From an uncultured Chloroflexia bacterium (GTDB lineage Bacteria; Chloroflexota; Ktedonobacteria; Ktedonobacterales; JADMIN01): 64,000 nt of DNA. Position numbers and translations under genes: made by a program. Every line of letters starts with the position of its first letter. Position 1 is the first letter of the stretch. This document shows positions 37,932 through 46,290 of the stretch, one piece after another. A model generated the notes under the pieces. That model did not search any database. It was not told the DNA's origin and saw only the letters and a program-made list of their open reading frames with translations. Location: assembly GCA_963718915.1 (NCBI GenBank), contig CAVRAI010000003.1, positions 642,103 through 706,102 of the forward strand. Reading direction: 5' to 3'.

Positions 37932-39000
37932 TGCTAGCTATTGCCTCTCTCCTGCTTTTGCGCTGTCCGGTGCGGCTTCGGTGGCTACCGGTGGCTTCGG
38001 TGGCTTCGGTGGCTTCGGTGGCTTCGGTGGCTTCGGTGGCTTCGGTGGCTTCATCCGCATGAAGGCGCGCTGCCTGCAGGATCGCCGGAATATCCCCGCC
38101 CACCAGCCGCCGCCCCGCGATCCATGAGTTCAGCTCCGCGCCGAGGAGCAGGATGAAGCCGAGATAGTAGAAGAAGATGAGGATCACCACGGCGAATCCC
38201 GCGACGGAGCCGTAGTTGTCTGGCCGCAGGAAGCGGCTCACATAGAGGGGAAAGAGGCTGATGTATGGAACCAGCAGCACCGTGGCGAGCAGCGTCCCCG
38301 GAATAACCTGCCGGAGGCGAATGCGCCGGTTGGGCACGATGAGATAGATGGCGCCGAACAGGATAAACGCGGAGAGCACTGCCACGATATTCCCCAGCAC
38401 GCCAGCGAGCGCCGCCTGACCAGAGTCCGCCAGGTATGGATCGACGAGTCTGACGATGGCCGAGGGCAGCGAGAAGGCCAGCGCGATGAGTGGCGTGAGA
38501 ATGAGATACAGCGCGAGCATGCCAAACGCCATCAGTTGTTTCGGGATCAGATCGCGCCCGCGCACGCGGAAGATGATTCCGAAGCAGGTCTCGATGACCA
38601 TGAACAGGTTCGACCCGCCAAGCACCGACCCCACCAGGCCAATGAGGAAGAGCAGCCCGACATTCGTGGTCAGCTGGTTCGCGACCGCATGAAATATCTC
38701 GGCTCCGCCAGGGATAACCTGTGCAAACACCTGCTCGATATGCGCATAGATGCTGGAAGCATGGTCGCCAAGGATGAGTCCCACGGCAGCGAGCAAGAGG
38801 AGCAAGATCGGGAAGAGCGACATCAGGAGGTTATAAGCCAGCATCCCCGAGAGATTGAAGACCCAATCGTCATTGAGTTTGGTCCAGAAGTCGAGCAGGG
38901 GCTGGATCGTCTTGAGAACGCGCCGCACCAGGCTGAATCGCATCCAGGGCTGTTGTTGTTCCATTGGGTCGGCCTCGTGGAAGCGCTCGCGCGCCGTCAC
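37795..39000 (-). CDS. YihY/BrkB family membrane protein with an (EAT)n repeat tail; the annotated 3' end is probably an artefact of a frame change in the repeat
   Basis: FWTKLNDDWVFNLSGMLAYNLLMSLFPILLLLLA is typical of YihY. The GTG start at 39000 overlaps the upstream protease stop (GTGA). The tail overlaps the convergent AI-2E gene by 137 nt. Confidence 0.8.
   Translation of the reverse strand: MTARERFHEADPMEQQQPWMRFSLVRRVLKTIQPLLDFWTKLNDDWVFNLSGMLAYNLLMSLFPILLLLLAAVGLILGDHASSIYAHIEQVFAQVIPGGAEIFHAVANQLTTNVGLLFLIGLVGSVLGGSNLFMVIETCFGIIFRVRGRDLIPKQLMAFGMLALYLILTPLIALAFSLPSAIVRLVDPYLADSGQAALAGVLGNIVAVLSAFILFGAIYLIVPNRRIRLRQVIPGTLLATVLLVPYISLFPLYVSRFLRPDNYGSVAGFAVVILIFFYYLGFILLLGAELNSWIAGRRLVGGDIPAILQAARLHADEATEATEATEATEATEATEATGSHRSRTGQRKSRREAIASITSPSQVGPPRWHRVARSTRPSSPRREVARRMPTTDGSLAPARAI
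37974..38052. repeat. 9-nt tandem repeat (ggcttcggt), about 8 units, one 10-nt variant unit at 37983-37992
   Basis: Read directly from the sequence. Encodes the EAT repeats of the YihY tail on the minus strand. Confidence 0.9.
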
Positions 39001-40184
39001 CCGGTTGCGCTGGTAGGTCGTTCTCCCAGCGTCACCGTCATGGTCTGCTGGGAGGAGCCGCGCTGGACGGTCACCTGAACCCGCGTGCCGGGCGAGAGGG
39101 AGAGCAGGATGCCTGCCAGGTCAGCATTGCCGGTGACCCTGGCGCCATTCACGGCGACAATGATATCGCCCTGTTGCATGCCAGCCTGCTGCGCGGGGCT
39201 TTGTCCGGCGGCGTCAGAGACGAAGCCGGTTACCAGCACACCGGAATTGACGGGCAGGTTGTTTGCCGATGCCAGGTCTGGGGTCACGTCGGCGCCAGTG
39301 ATACCAAGGAAGCCCTGGCCGCTGTTTACCACACGGCCATTCTTCACGAGCTGGTCGGCGACGAATTTGACCCGGTTCACCGGGATCGCGAAGCCGATGC
39401 CCTCCGCCGCCGCGCCAGAGGAAGGGATGGTCGCCGATAAGGTGGGGATGCCAATCAGTTCCTCCTGCAAGTTCACCAGCGCCCCGCCCGAATTGCCTGG
39501 ATTGATGGGCGCGCTGGTCTGGATGAGGCCGGTCAGCACGCCTGCGGGGCCGTTGGGCGCTTCGCTGGCCGTCCGGTTGAGCGCGCTCACAATGCCAAAC
39601 GTGGCCGACTGTTGCAGGCCAAGCGGCGCACCAATCGCGAGGACGAATTCGCCGACCTGCACCGCGCTTGAATTTCCAAACTTGATCGGCCGTAACCCGG
39701 TGGCGCTGACCTTCAGCACGGCCAGGTCATCGGCAGGCGCCTCGCCGACGAGCGTCGCGGGTAGCGTCTTTCCATTGGAGAGCAAGACGTGAAATGAGGT
39801 GAACCCCTGAACCACGTGGTCGTTGGTGACAATGTTGCCGTCGCTGGAGATGATTTCGCCCGACCCAATCGCGCCTGATCCATCGGCGCTGGCGCTCTGC
39901 ACCTCGACGACGGAGGGCTGAACGGCGGGGATAACGTTCACGGGCGCCTGGGGAAGTGCGGATGCTCCACCAGATGACGATGATGACGAGGAGTTTGCCG
40001 TGGGGGTCGTTAATCCCTGTCCTGGATTCGTGCCGGGGAGCGCACAGCCGCCGATGAGCAGAGCGATGGCAAGCGCGATGGCGCCCAACCCGCCCGGCCA
40101 CCACGCTGACAACCTGGCATATCGCGCCGTGCGCCGCGCCCCTGTCGTGACGCCGCCACATGAATCATCTGCATTCACGGCCAT
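38997..40184 (-). CDS. S1C (HtrA/DegP-like) serine protease with C-terminal PDZ domain, membrane-anchored
   Basis: ORF 38997..40316, start preferred at ATG 40184. TM WWPGGLGAIALAIALLIGG. Triad context TNDHVV, DLAVLKV, GNSGGALVNL. PDZ-like tail (GVLVTGFVSDAAGQSPAQQAGMQQGDIIVAVNG). Confidence 0.85.
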   Translation of the reverse strand: MAVNADDSCGGVTTGARRTARYARLSAWWPGGLGAIALAIALLIGGCALPGTNPGQGLTTPTANSSSSSSSGGASALPQAPVNVIPAVQPSVVEVQSASADGSGAIGSGEIISSDGNIVTNDHVVQGFTSFHVLLSNGKTLPATLVGEAPADDLAVLKVSATGLRPIKFGNSSAVQVGEFVLAIGAPLGLQQSATFGIVSALNRTASEAPNGPAGVLTGLIQTSAPINPGNSGGALVNLQEELIGIPTLSATIPSSGAAAEGIGFAIPVNRVKFVADQLVKNGRVVNSGQGFLGITGADVTPDLASANNLPVNSGVLVTGFVSDAAGQSPAQQAGMQQGDIIVAVNGARVTGNADLAGILLSLSPGTRVQVTVQRGSSQQTMTVTLGERPTSATG

Positions 40185-40286
40185 TTCCCTTTGCGGTTGG
40201 TTGCCAGCCAGCGGTCTTCCGTGGGGATGATTCCTTACCAGCGGCGCGCAATGTGCTGTCGCTGGCGCGTTGCGCCGTAATCTGCG

Positions 40287-40321
40287 CATAAGCAATAAGC
40301 AATAAGCAATAAGCAATAAGC
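40287..40321. repeat. 7-nt tandem repeat (aataagc) x5
   Basis: cataagc aataagc aataagc aataagc aataagc, read directly. Lies upstream of the preferred protease start. Confidence 0.9.
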
Positions 40322-40456
40322 GACCAGGGTGAGCTGGACATTCCTCACCACCACCTCAACCTCTTCCGTGTCCATCCACCCTGGCCAGGCACTGCGCGCA
40401 TCTCCTGACCTATCGCGGCATTGAAAAGCATGATAGGCGCGGGAGCAACGCGCCGG

Positions 40457-41005
40457 TTAGTGCATCTGCTGTGACTGCGAGGTATCGGTCTGGGTAGCCG
40501 CCATATCAGCCGCGGCGAGCCTGGACCCCATAGCGATCAAGGTCTCGGGGTGCACCATGCCCTGCGCCAGTACCACGCCGCCGGTCGACTGCAGCGCTTC
40601 TTTTAGCGGGATAGCCCAGCGATGCTCGACCAGCACCAGCACGCCCGTCGTCCCTTCCGGGATATCTTTGGCGATGTTCTTGATGTCATCGGCAGAGAGG
40701 CCGAAGTCGTGGTCGGAGAATGCCACAGCGCCCATTTCCGCGCCGGTTTCCACGCCTTCATCACCGGCGGCGCCATAGCCCAGCAGCCCCCCGATGACGG
40801 CGCCCATTTCCGCGCGCTGGTCGGTGGTGAGGTCGCTCGCGCCGAGCGATACCACTGTGCCATCCTTTTCTTTCTGTATGGCGAGCGCATCGAGCACGCG
40901 GATGGTACCCGACTGACTTGCCTTCTCCAACTCCTGAGCAATTCGCCCTTTCAGATTCTCATTTGGCAATCCCAATACGAAGAGTTGAACCGGACCCAGA
41001 GTCAT
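40457..41005 (-). CDS. DUF6325/DUF1269-related protein, intermediate form with a short Gly-rich insert
   Basis: ORF 40457..41113, start at ATG 41005 (AAGGAGA upstream). MTLGPVQLFVLGLPNENLKGRIAQELEKASQSGTIRVLDALAIQKEKDG, insert GAVIGGLLGYGAAGDEGVETGAEMGAV, then GTTGVLVLVEHRWAIPLKEAL. Confidence 0.6.
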   Translation of the reverse strand: MTLGPVQLFVLGLPNENLKGRIAQELEKASQSGTIRVLDALAIQKEKDGTVVSLGASDLTTDQRAEMGAVIGGLLGYGAAGDEGVETGAEMGAVAFSDHDFGLSADDIKNIAKDIPEGTTGVLVLVEHRWAIPLKEALQSTGGVVLAQGMVHPETLIAMGSRLAAADMAATQTDTSQSQQMH

Positions 41006-41219
41006 CTTTCTCTCCTTCCGCATGCGACTCGCCCGCGCCGACAATTGGCGCATGTCGGGGTCGCCATGGACGTACGCCTCCAGTGTAGTTCGAATCGTTA
41101 CTCGCGCCCTCATGCAGCGGGCGCGTTTCGCGGGTCAGCTTCAGGCACTGTGTTGGGTCAGCGCCAACCTCGCCCAGGGGTGAGCAGGCGCATAACGTCC
41201 ATCCCCGCACCCCGAAGGG

Positions 41220-41519
41220 CTAATACGACTGGGCGGGATTTCCCTGAATCTGATTGCGATTGCGCCATGCGCCGCCCGCGTAGGTCGTGATATCGAGGAG
41301 CAATCCGATCCCGATCCAGAACCAGCCCCAGCCGACGGCTGGCCAGACGAAGACATACATGATCGTCGTGAACGGCAGGAATGCGAGGCCAAGCAACGGC
41401 CCGACAAACGTGTTGAAGGCGCGGTCAACCAGGGGGGTGAATAACCACATGAAGAGCAGCGCCACACGCGGGAAGCTCGCGGCGAGAATGGCAAATAGGC
41501 ATCCACATCCTAATAACAT
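41220..41519 (-). CDS. Small membrane protein (99 aa), unknown family
   Basis: ORF 41220..41519. Three hydrophobic segments (LFAILAASFPRVALLFMWLF, LLGLAFLPFTTIMYVFVW, WFWIGIGLLLDI). Confidence 0.5.
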   Translation of the reverse strand: MLLGCGCLFAILAASFPRVALLFMWLFTPLVDRAFNTFVGPLLGLAFLPFTTIMYVFVWPAVGWGWFWIGIGLLLDITTYAGGAWRNRNQIQGNPAQSY

Positions 41520-41619
41520 CGGGAACCCCCTCCTGCGCGCCGCACGGATCGGCCACTGCTCGCAATACTCTCGAAGGTACGATGGTCTCTAGCGCCTGCC
41601 CATCGTCACGATGGCTGGC

Positions 41620-41958
41620 TTACGACGGCGAAGGCGAAGGACTGGGCGCGGCTCCCGGAGCTTGCCCCGCTGGCGCCTGTGGAGGCGCGGCCTGCGGCGC
41701 GGCTGATTGCGGTATCCCCGGCATTCCTGACATTCCTGGCATTCCCTGCACCGCCACTGGCGCCATGGGATTTGCGGGCCGTGTGACGAGGTAGGCCAGC
41801 GCGCCGAGCCAGGGGAAGAAGATGATCAGCGCCACCCACAGCCCCTTCTGCCATCCAACAAGGTCTGGCCGTTTGACCGCATCCGCCAGCACCAGAAACC
41901 AGATGATGGTGAGAGGTATGAAGATGAATAGCAGCCAGAACCAATCCCAGGCAGTCAT
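41620..41958 (-). CDS. PLDc_N (PLD nuclease N-terminal) domain small membrane protein with Pro/Gly-rich tail
   Basis: MTAWDWFWLLFIFIPLTIIWFLVLADAVKRPDLVGWQKGLWVALIIFFPWLGALAYLV matches my recollection of the PLDc_N pattern (K..W...I...P.LG...YL). Confidence 0.65.
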   Translation of the reverse strand: MTAWDWFWLLFIFIPLTIIWFLVLADAVKRPDLVGWQKGLWVALIIFFPWLGALAYLVTRPANPMAPVAVQGMPGMSGMPGIPQSAAPQAAPPQAPAGQAPGAAPSPSPSPS

Positions 41959-42105
41959 GGCAGACCTCCACTGTTGCTCGTTTGTTGCTCGTTGTCCGCG
42001 CCGTCGCAGCCATGTCGAAGCATAACCAGGAACCGCCCGGCGCGCATCGCATATGGGGAGTGTTTGCGAAGTCAGGTTCGCGCGCTCCGTCGGGAGAGCG
42101 CCCCA

Positions 42106-42582
42106 CTAGCCGTTCGTTGCCCTCGGGGCGGCGATTGGACCCGGCCCGGAGGCCGCGGGGGGGAATGCATTCGCCTGCGCCAGGTACTCGCGCTCATTCC
42201 CCTCAATCATGAGTTTGTGCATCGCGATCACGTCATGCCGTGGCAGGGCGCTGATGGGCTGCACGCAGAGCCGGAGCACTGGGTTGCCGCCTTCATAGAC
42301 GCTCACCATACCCTCTTCCAGCGGAATGCGGTAGATGCGCAGGGCATAACTGGGGCTGGCGACATCCAGATACCGCGACTCCTTGAGCTGGCGCAGCTCA
42401 TTCTCGTCGAGTAGATCGCACAGCAACTCTTTCGCGCGGTTGTTGGCGGCTCGCATATCTGTTTCGGCGTCCAGGGAGCGCGAGAACGTCCTGATGGCCA
42501 GCCAGATGTTAAGCCCCAGCAGCAGAATGCATACGGCGAGCAGCAGGAACAAGATGAAGTTACTGGTTGGATCCAGAGTCAT
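42106..42582 (-). CDS. Uncharacterised single-TM protein, paralogue of 11034..11477
   Basis: ORF 42106..42582. TM FILFLLLAVCILLLGLNIWLAI, then YLDVASPSYALRIYRIP...LCVQPISALP...HKLMIEGNEREYLAQAN. Confidence 0.6.
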   Translation of the reverse strand: MTLDPTSNFILFLLLAVCILLLGLNIWLAIRTFSRSLDAETDMRAANNRAKELLCDLLDENELRQLKESRYLDVASPSYALRIYRIPLEEGMVSVYEGGNPVLRLCVQPISALPRHDVIAMHKLMIEGNEREYLAQANAFPPAASGPGPIAAPRATNG

Positions 42583-42808
42583 AGGGCAACCGCCATCCCG
42601 TGAGCGATACGACGAACATCAAGCGGCGCTACATCACCGACCGTGCGGCAATGTTTGCGCCAAATCGAGTTGTGGTGTTTTGGGATTAGGGAGTCTACGA
42701 CAAGCATAGAGTCTTCGATGGCACATGCCATCCGCACACGGAAGGGCTTTGGCGGCTAGTCCTCTCCTCGCCCGCGGGTCAGGGCGCGACCTCACCAGAA
42801 GGCTAGGC

Positions 42809-42919
42809 CTACGCTAGCGCCACCAGAGTCCCGCCAGCGATGGTAGCGCCCCGGAGCCATGTGCGGGAGTAAGCTGGGAGCCAGACGACGATAGGAACAT
42901 ACTGGCCAAGCCAACGCAT
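42809..42919 (-). pseudogene. Possible remnant of a SulP transporter N-terminus (36 codons)
   Basis: Manual translation MRWLGQYVPIVVWLPAYSRTWLRGATIAGGTLVALA* resembles the SulP N-terminal block (compare SYKRSWLRRDIVAGIVLSTLL at 29493). Nothing SulP-like follows. Confidence 0.3.
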
Positions 42920-43023
42920 GATGCCCGTGCCTCTGCCTCATCCAGTGGAGTGTGGCGCATTCTTCTGTGGCGAGGCGGTCGCGCTCATGGCTATCCCTCT
43001 TGGCGCACTATGCCGCAACGCCG

Positions 43024-43947
43024 CTACCCGGCATCGGGAGACGCCTCACGTCCGACGCTCTGTGTCGAGGATTTCGCGGGTTCCGTCGCGCTGGCCGTCT
43101 TCGCGGCGTGGCTGTGCCTGCCGAGTTCCGCCGCCAGCGGCATCACGATAATCATGCCGACCAGGCCCGCCGCCGCCAGAAACACCAGCACATTCGGCTT
43201 GTCGGCGAAGTTGCCCGTCGCGATCACGAATGCCGCCGCCATGTTGCGCTGGCCCGTTCCCAGCGCCAGCACCTGTCGCGTATCGCTGCCCGGGCCGCCC
43301 AGCAGATAGCCAGACCCCAGCGCCACCACGACGAGCAACACCATAGCGATGATCGCGCCGCTCCCCAACAGCCCAAGCACGTTGCTGATATTCAGGCCCA
43401 GCATCAGCACGATCAAGAGCGCCAGGCTGATGTTGGAGATTTGGGTCATCGGATGCAACAGCGAGGCGGCGGCGTCCTCATAGCGTGCCTTGACGAAGAG
43501 GCCGATGCCCAGCGGCAGCAGCATCTCCAGGATGAGCGAGAGGGCGATCTGACCGGCGTTGACGTTCACGCCCGGCAGCAGCAGCGGCAGCACAATCGGC
43601 AGGTAAATCACCGTCGCCACCACCAGCAGCGACATCAGCCCGACGGCGAAGGCGACGTTCGCTTTGGCGATCTGGGCCAGCTTCGGCAGGAACGGCGCGC
43701 CCGCCGCCGAGCCGAACAAAATCAGCCCAATCTGGAGGTCCTGACTCAGCGGAATGACCCGCGAGAGCAGGAACGCCACCGCTGGCACGATGACGAAGTT
43801 GGCGACCAGCGCCAACACGACCAGCCGTGTGTTGCGGAGCGGCGCGGCGATCTGCGGAATCGTGAGCGCGAGGCCCATGCTGAGCATGCTCGTGACCACG
43901 AACAGCAGCGTGAACAGATTGGAGAGCGTATTCAAAAACTCTGCCAT
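43024..43947 (-). CDS. Bile acid:sodium symporter (BASS/SBF-like) family transporter
   Basis: Inner start ATG 43947 of ORF 43024..44469. MAEFLNTLSNLFTLLFVVTSMLSMGLALT..., GLILFGSAAGAPF, RNMAAAFVIA. Confidence 0.75.
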   Translation of the reverse strand: MAEFLNTLSNLFTLLFVVTSMLSMGLALTIPQIAAPLRNTRLVVLALVANFVIVPAVAFLLSRVIPLSQDLQIGLILFGSAAGAPFLPKLAQIAKANVAFAVGLMSLLVVATVIYLPIVLPLLLPGVNVNAGQIALSLILEMLLPLGIGLFVKARYEDAAASLLHPMTQISNISLALLIVLMLGLNISNVLGLLGSGAIIAMVLLVVVALGSGYLLGGPGSDTRQVLALGTGQRNMAAAFVIATGNFADKPNVLVFLAAAGLVGMIIVMPLAAELGRHSHAAKTASATEPAKSSTQSVGREASPDAG

Positions 43948-43981
43948 CGCCGTACCGCCTTTTCCGACATGGGACACATGT

Positions 43982-44914
43982 TTAGAACACGGTTGCCCAA
44001 TCGTCCTTGACGTTGACCACCGTCCAGTCGTGCGTCTTCGCCCGGTCGAGCGCGCGCTCGGCGCCCCCGATGTAATCGAACTCGCGGGTGGCGTCGTTGT
44101 GCAGCAGCAGCAGACGCAGCGCGGGCTTCTTCGGCCCTCCGGCGAACTGGAGCATCTCGATATCGCCGTTGGCATTGCCCCCCGCCAGGATCGGTCGCCT
44201 TCCGACGCGGCTCCAGATGCGCACCGGTTTCTCTGGCCCGTCGTCGAAGAAGTCCATCCCTCCCTTGTAGAGCACATTGCCGCCGCGCTCATCTTCCTGG
44301 TATGACAACGCGAAGCTGCTGCCGATGACGCGCTCACGGGGGATGCCGTATAGTTCGTTCGCCATTGGACGCATGAAGTCGCGGTCGCCGCCGGAGGCGA
44401 TGTAGGTCGTGAACCCGTTCGCTTCGAGGTGGCGCAGTAGCTCGACCATTGGCCGGAATGCGCAGCCAAGATAGGGGCGGCCGAGAGTGGGATGCTGAGC
44501 GCTCTTCAGAAAGCCACTCACCTCCGCCTCGTACTCCTCGACGCTCATGCCCTCAAACGCCTTCGTGACGCCACCCATGAGCACCTTCAGTTCGTCGTTA
44601 TCCCCCTGGTAGTGCTTGACCAGTGCATCCTTCAGCCAGCCATAATCCTTGCCGTAGGCTGCCTTCCATGGCTGGCGCGCGCGCAACTCTGGATTCCGCT
44701 CGGCCATCGCGGCGAGGCGGCGCAGGATGAAGTCGGCCTGAACTGGCAGCGGCCGCTCGCACCAGAGCGTGCCGTCGTTGTCGAAGGTGGCAACCCGCTC
44801 CCGCGGCGGGACGTAGTCTGGCCCGCCTTCCCGCGTCACCCGCGCGACAAAGCGCACGATGGCGTCCCGCGTCGCAGTCTCGTTCCAGGAAGGCAATACA
44901 TTCGCGTCGTTCAC
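43982..44914 (-). CDS. HAD family hydrolase (HAD-IB-like phosphatase)
   Basis: Motif I FDNDGTLW, IASGGDRDFMRP, and GNANGDIEML (motif IV-like). Confidence 0.8.
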   Translation of the reverse strand: MNDANVLPSWNETATRDAIVRFVARVTREGGPDYVPPRERVATFDNDGTLWCERPLPVQADFILRRLAAMAERNPELRARQPWKAAYGKDYGWLKDALVKHYQGDNDELKVLMGGVTKAFEGMSVEEYEAEVSGFLKSAQHPTLGRPYLGCAFRPMVELLRHLEANGFTTYIASGGDRDFMRPMANELYGIPRERVIGSSFALSYQEDERGGNVLYKGGMDFFDDGPEKPVRIWSRVGRRPILAGGNANGDIEMLQFAGGPKKPALRLLLLHNDATREFDYIGGAERALDRAKTHDWTVVNVKDDWATVF

Positions 44915-45190
44915 AGCAGTCCTCCGAATTCGTGCGGCATGTTACAAGCAGCTAATTCTATCGATGCGCCTGCCAACAACTTTGCCATTCAGGCCGTAGG
45001 CGAGGTGGATACCACCCAGGCACAGTCTATGGGCTGAAACCCTGTTTTTATCTCGCTTTGAGCCGCGACCACAGGGCCAGTTTTGCCCTCGACCCTGGGT
45101 GAGAGGAGAGGTTAACCTTTGAGCTAGGCGCGCCGAGCAGGCAAATTCCTGTCACCTGGCGGCGCAGCCGCGACACCCGCTCGCGTCTGC

Positions 45191-46198
45191 TTATGAGGCT
45201 GACGTGCTGTCTTGTTGGCTCCCTGTTTGCGGGCGCACGATGCAGCGGAAGCCGATGTGGCAGGTTGAGGTATCGACCATCTCGGGCGAGCGCGCGGCGG
45301 GACGATAGCGCAGGCAGTAGTTGGGCGCGCAGAGATACGAGCCGCCTTTGAGCACCCTGCGTGGAATGCGCACGTCCGGCTGCAATGGGTCGTAGCTCTG
45401 CTCGATGGAGCCGCCGCGTGGGTTATGCGGCGTGCAGCAGGCTTTGACTGGATCGCCAGCGTGGCGCGGCTGATACCAGTCGCTGGTCCACTCCCAGACG
45501 TTGCCCGCCATGTCGTACAGCCCGTAGCCATTCGGCGCGAACGAGCCAACCGGCATTGCCTTGGGATGGTGTCCCATGCGGATATTCTGCCAGGGGAAAT
45601 CACCCCGCCAGGTATTGGCCATCAGCTTGCCGCCGGGCATGAACTCGTCGCCCCAGGAATAGACCTTTCCTTCCAGCCCACCGCGCGCGGCAAACTCCCA
45701 TTCCGCCTCACTGGGCAGTTGCTTGCCAGCCCAGGTGGCATAGGCCATGGCGTCTTCATAGGCGACGTGAACCACCGGGTGTTTCTCACGCCCTTTGATC
45801 GCGCTGCCCGGCCCGTATGGATGCCGCCAGTCGGCGCCTGGCACATAGGCCCACCATTGTGAGGGATTGTTCAGGTTCACTGGCCGGTCAGGCTGATGGA
45901 ATACCAGCGATCCCGGCACCAGCAGCTCAGGGGCTGCCCCTGGATAGTCCGCGGGGTTCAGCGGGCGCTCGGCCACGGTGACGTATCTGGTCTCGTGTAC
46001 GAAGTGTGTGAACTGCTCGTTCGTCACGGCGTAAGTGTCCATCCAGAAGCCGTCAACGGTGGCGTGATGGATAGGCGCCTCGTCGGGGTAAAAGTCGCTT
46101 GACCCCATCTGGAATGCGCCGCCAGCGATCCAGACCATGCCCGCGTCTGGCGCGGCGGGTGGGATTGTGCCTGTTGTCATCTCCTGCTGTGGTGTCAT
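45191..46198 (-). CDS. Formylglycine-generating enzyme family protein (SUMF1/EgtB/PvdO-type)
   Basis: ORF 45191..46303, start preferred at ATG 46198. FQMGSSDFYPDEAP, RLPSEAEWEFAARGG, GNVWEWTSDWY. Confidence 0.85.
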   Translation of the reverse strand: MTPQQEMTTGTIPPAAPDAGMVWIAGGAFQMGSSDFYPDEAPIHHATVDGFWMDTYAVTNEQFTHFVHETRYVTVAERPLNPADYPGAAPELLVPGSLVFHQPDRPVNLNNPSQWWAYVPGADWRHPYGPGSAIKGREKHPVVHVAYEDAMAYATWAGKQLPSEAEWEFAARGGLEGKVYSWGDEFMPGGKLMANTWRGDFPWQNIRMGHHPKAMPVGSFAPNGYGLYDMAGNVWEWTSDWYQPRHAGDPVKACCTPHNPRGGSIEQSYDPLQPDVRIPRRVLKGGSYLCAPNYCLRYRPAARSPEMVDTSTCHIGFRCIVRPQTGSQQDSTSAS

Positions 46199-46290
46199 CA
46201 AAATCCGGCCAGGATACCCCTGCCTTGAGGCATGAGGAGGAATGGCCGTCTCCTTTCCGTTTCTAGCTGCCTGCGATAGAATAGAACTCA

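Noticed and set aside
37974-38052. Tandem repeat blocks (here and at 40287, 57603, 62351 and elsewhere) considered as possible CRISPR arrays.
   Set aside because: The units are 7-15 nt and directly adjacent, with no unique spacers. No cas genes are present.
40185-40316. The upstream extension of the HtrA ORF (MLIAYCLLLMRRL...).
   Set aside because: Its first codons are simply the translation of the aataagc x5 tandem repeat. ATG 40184 precedes the TM anchor at a sensible distance.
43948-44469. The 174-codon N-terminal extension of the BASS transporter ORF (43024..44469).
   Set aside because: The extension overlaps the HAD hydrolase gene in another frame and is Ser/Thr/Arg/Cys-rich. The transporter begins convincingly at MAEFLNTLSNLF (ATG 43947).
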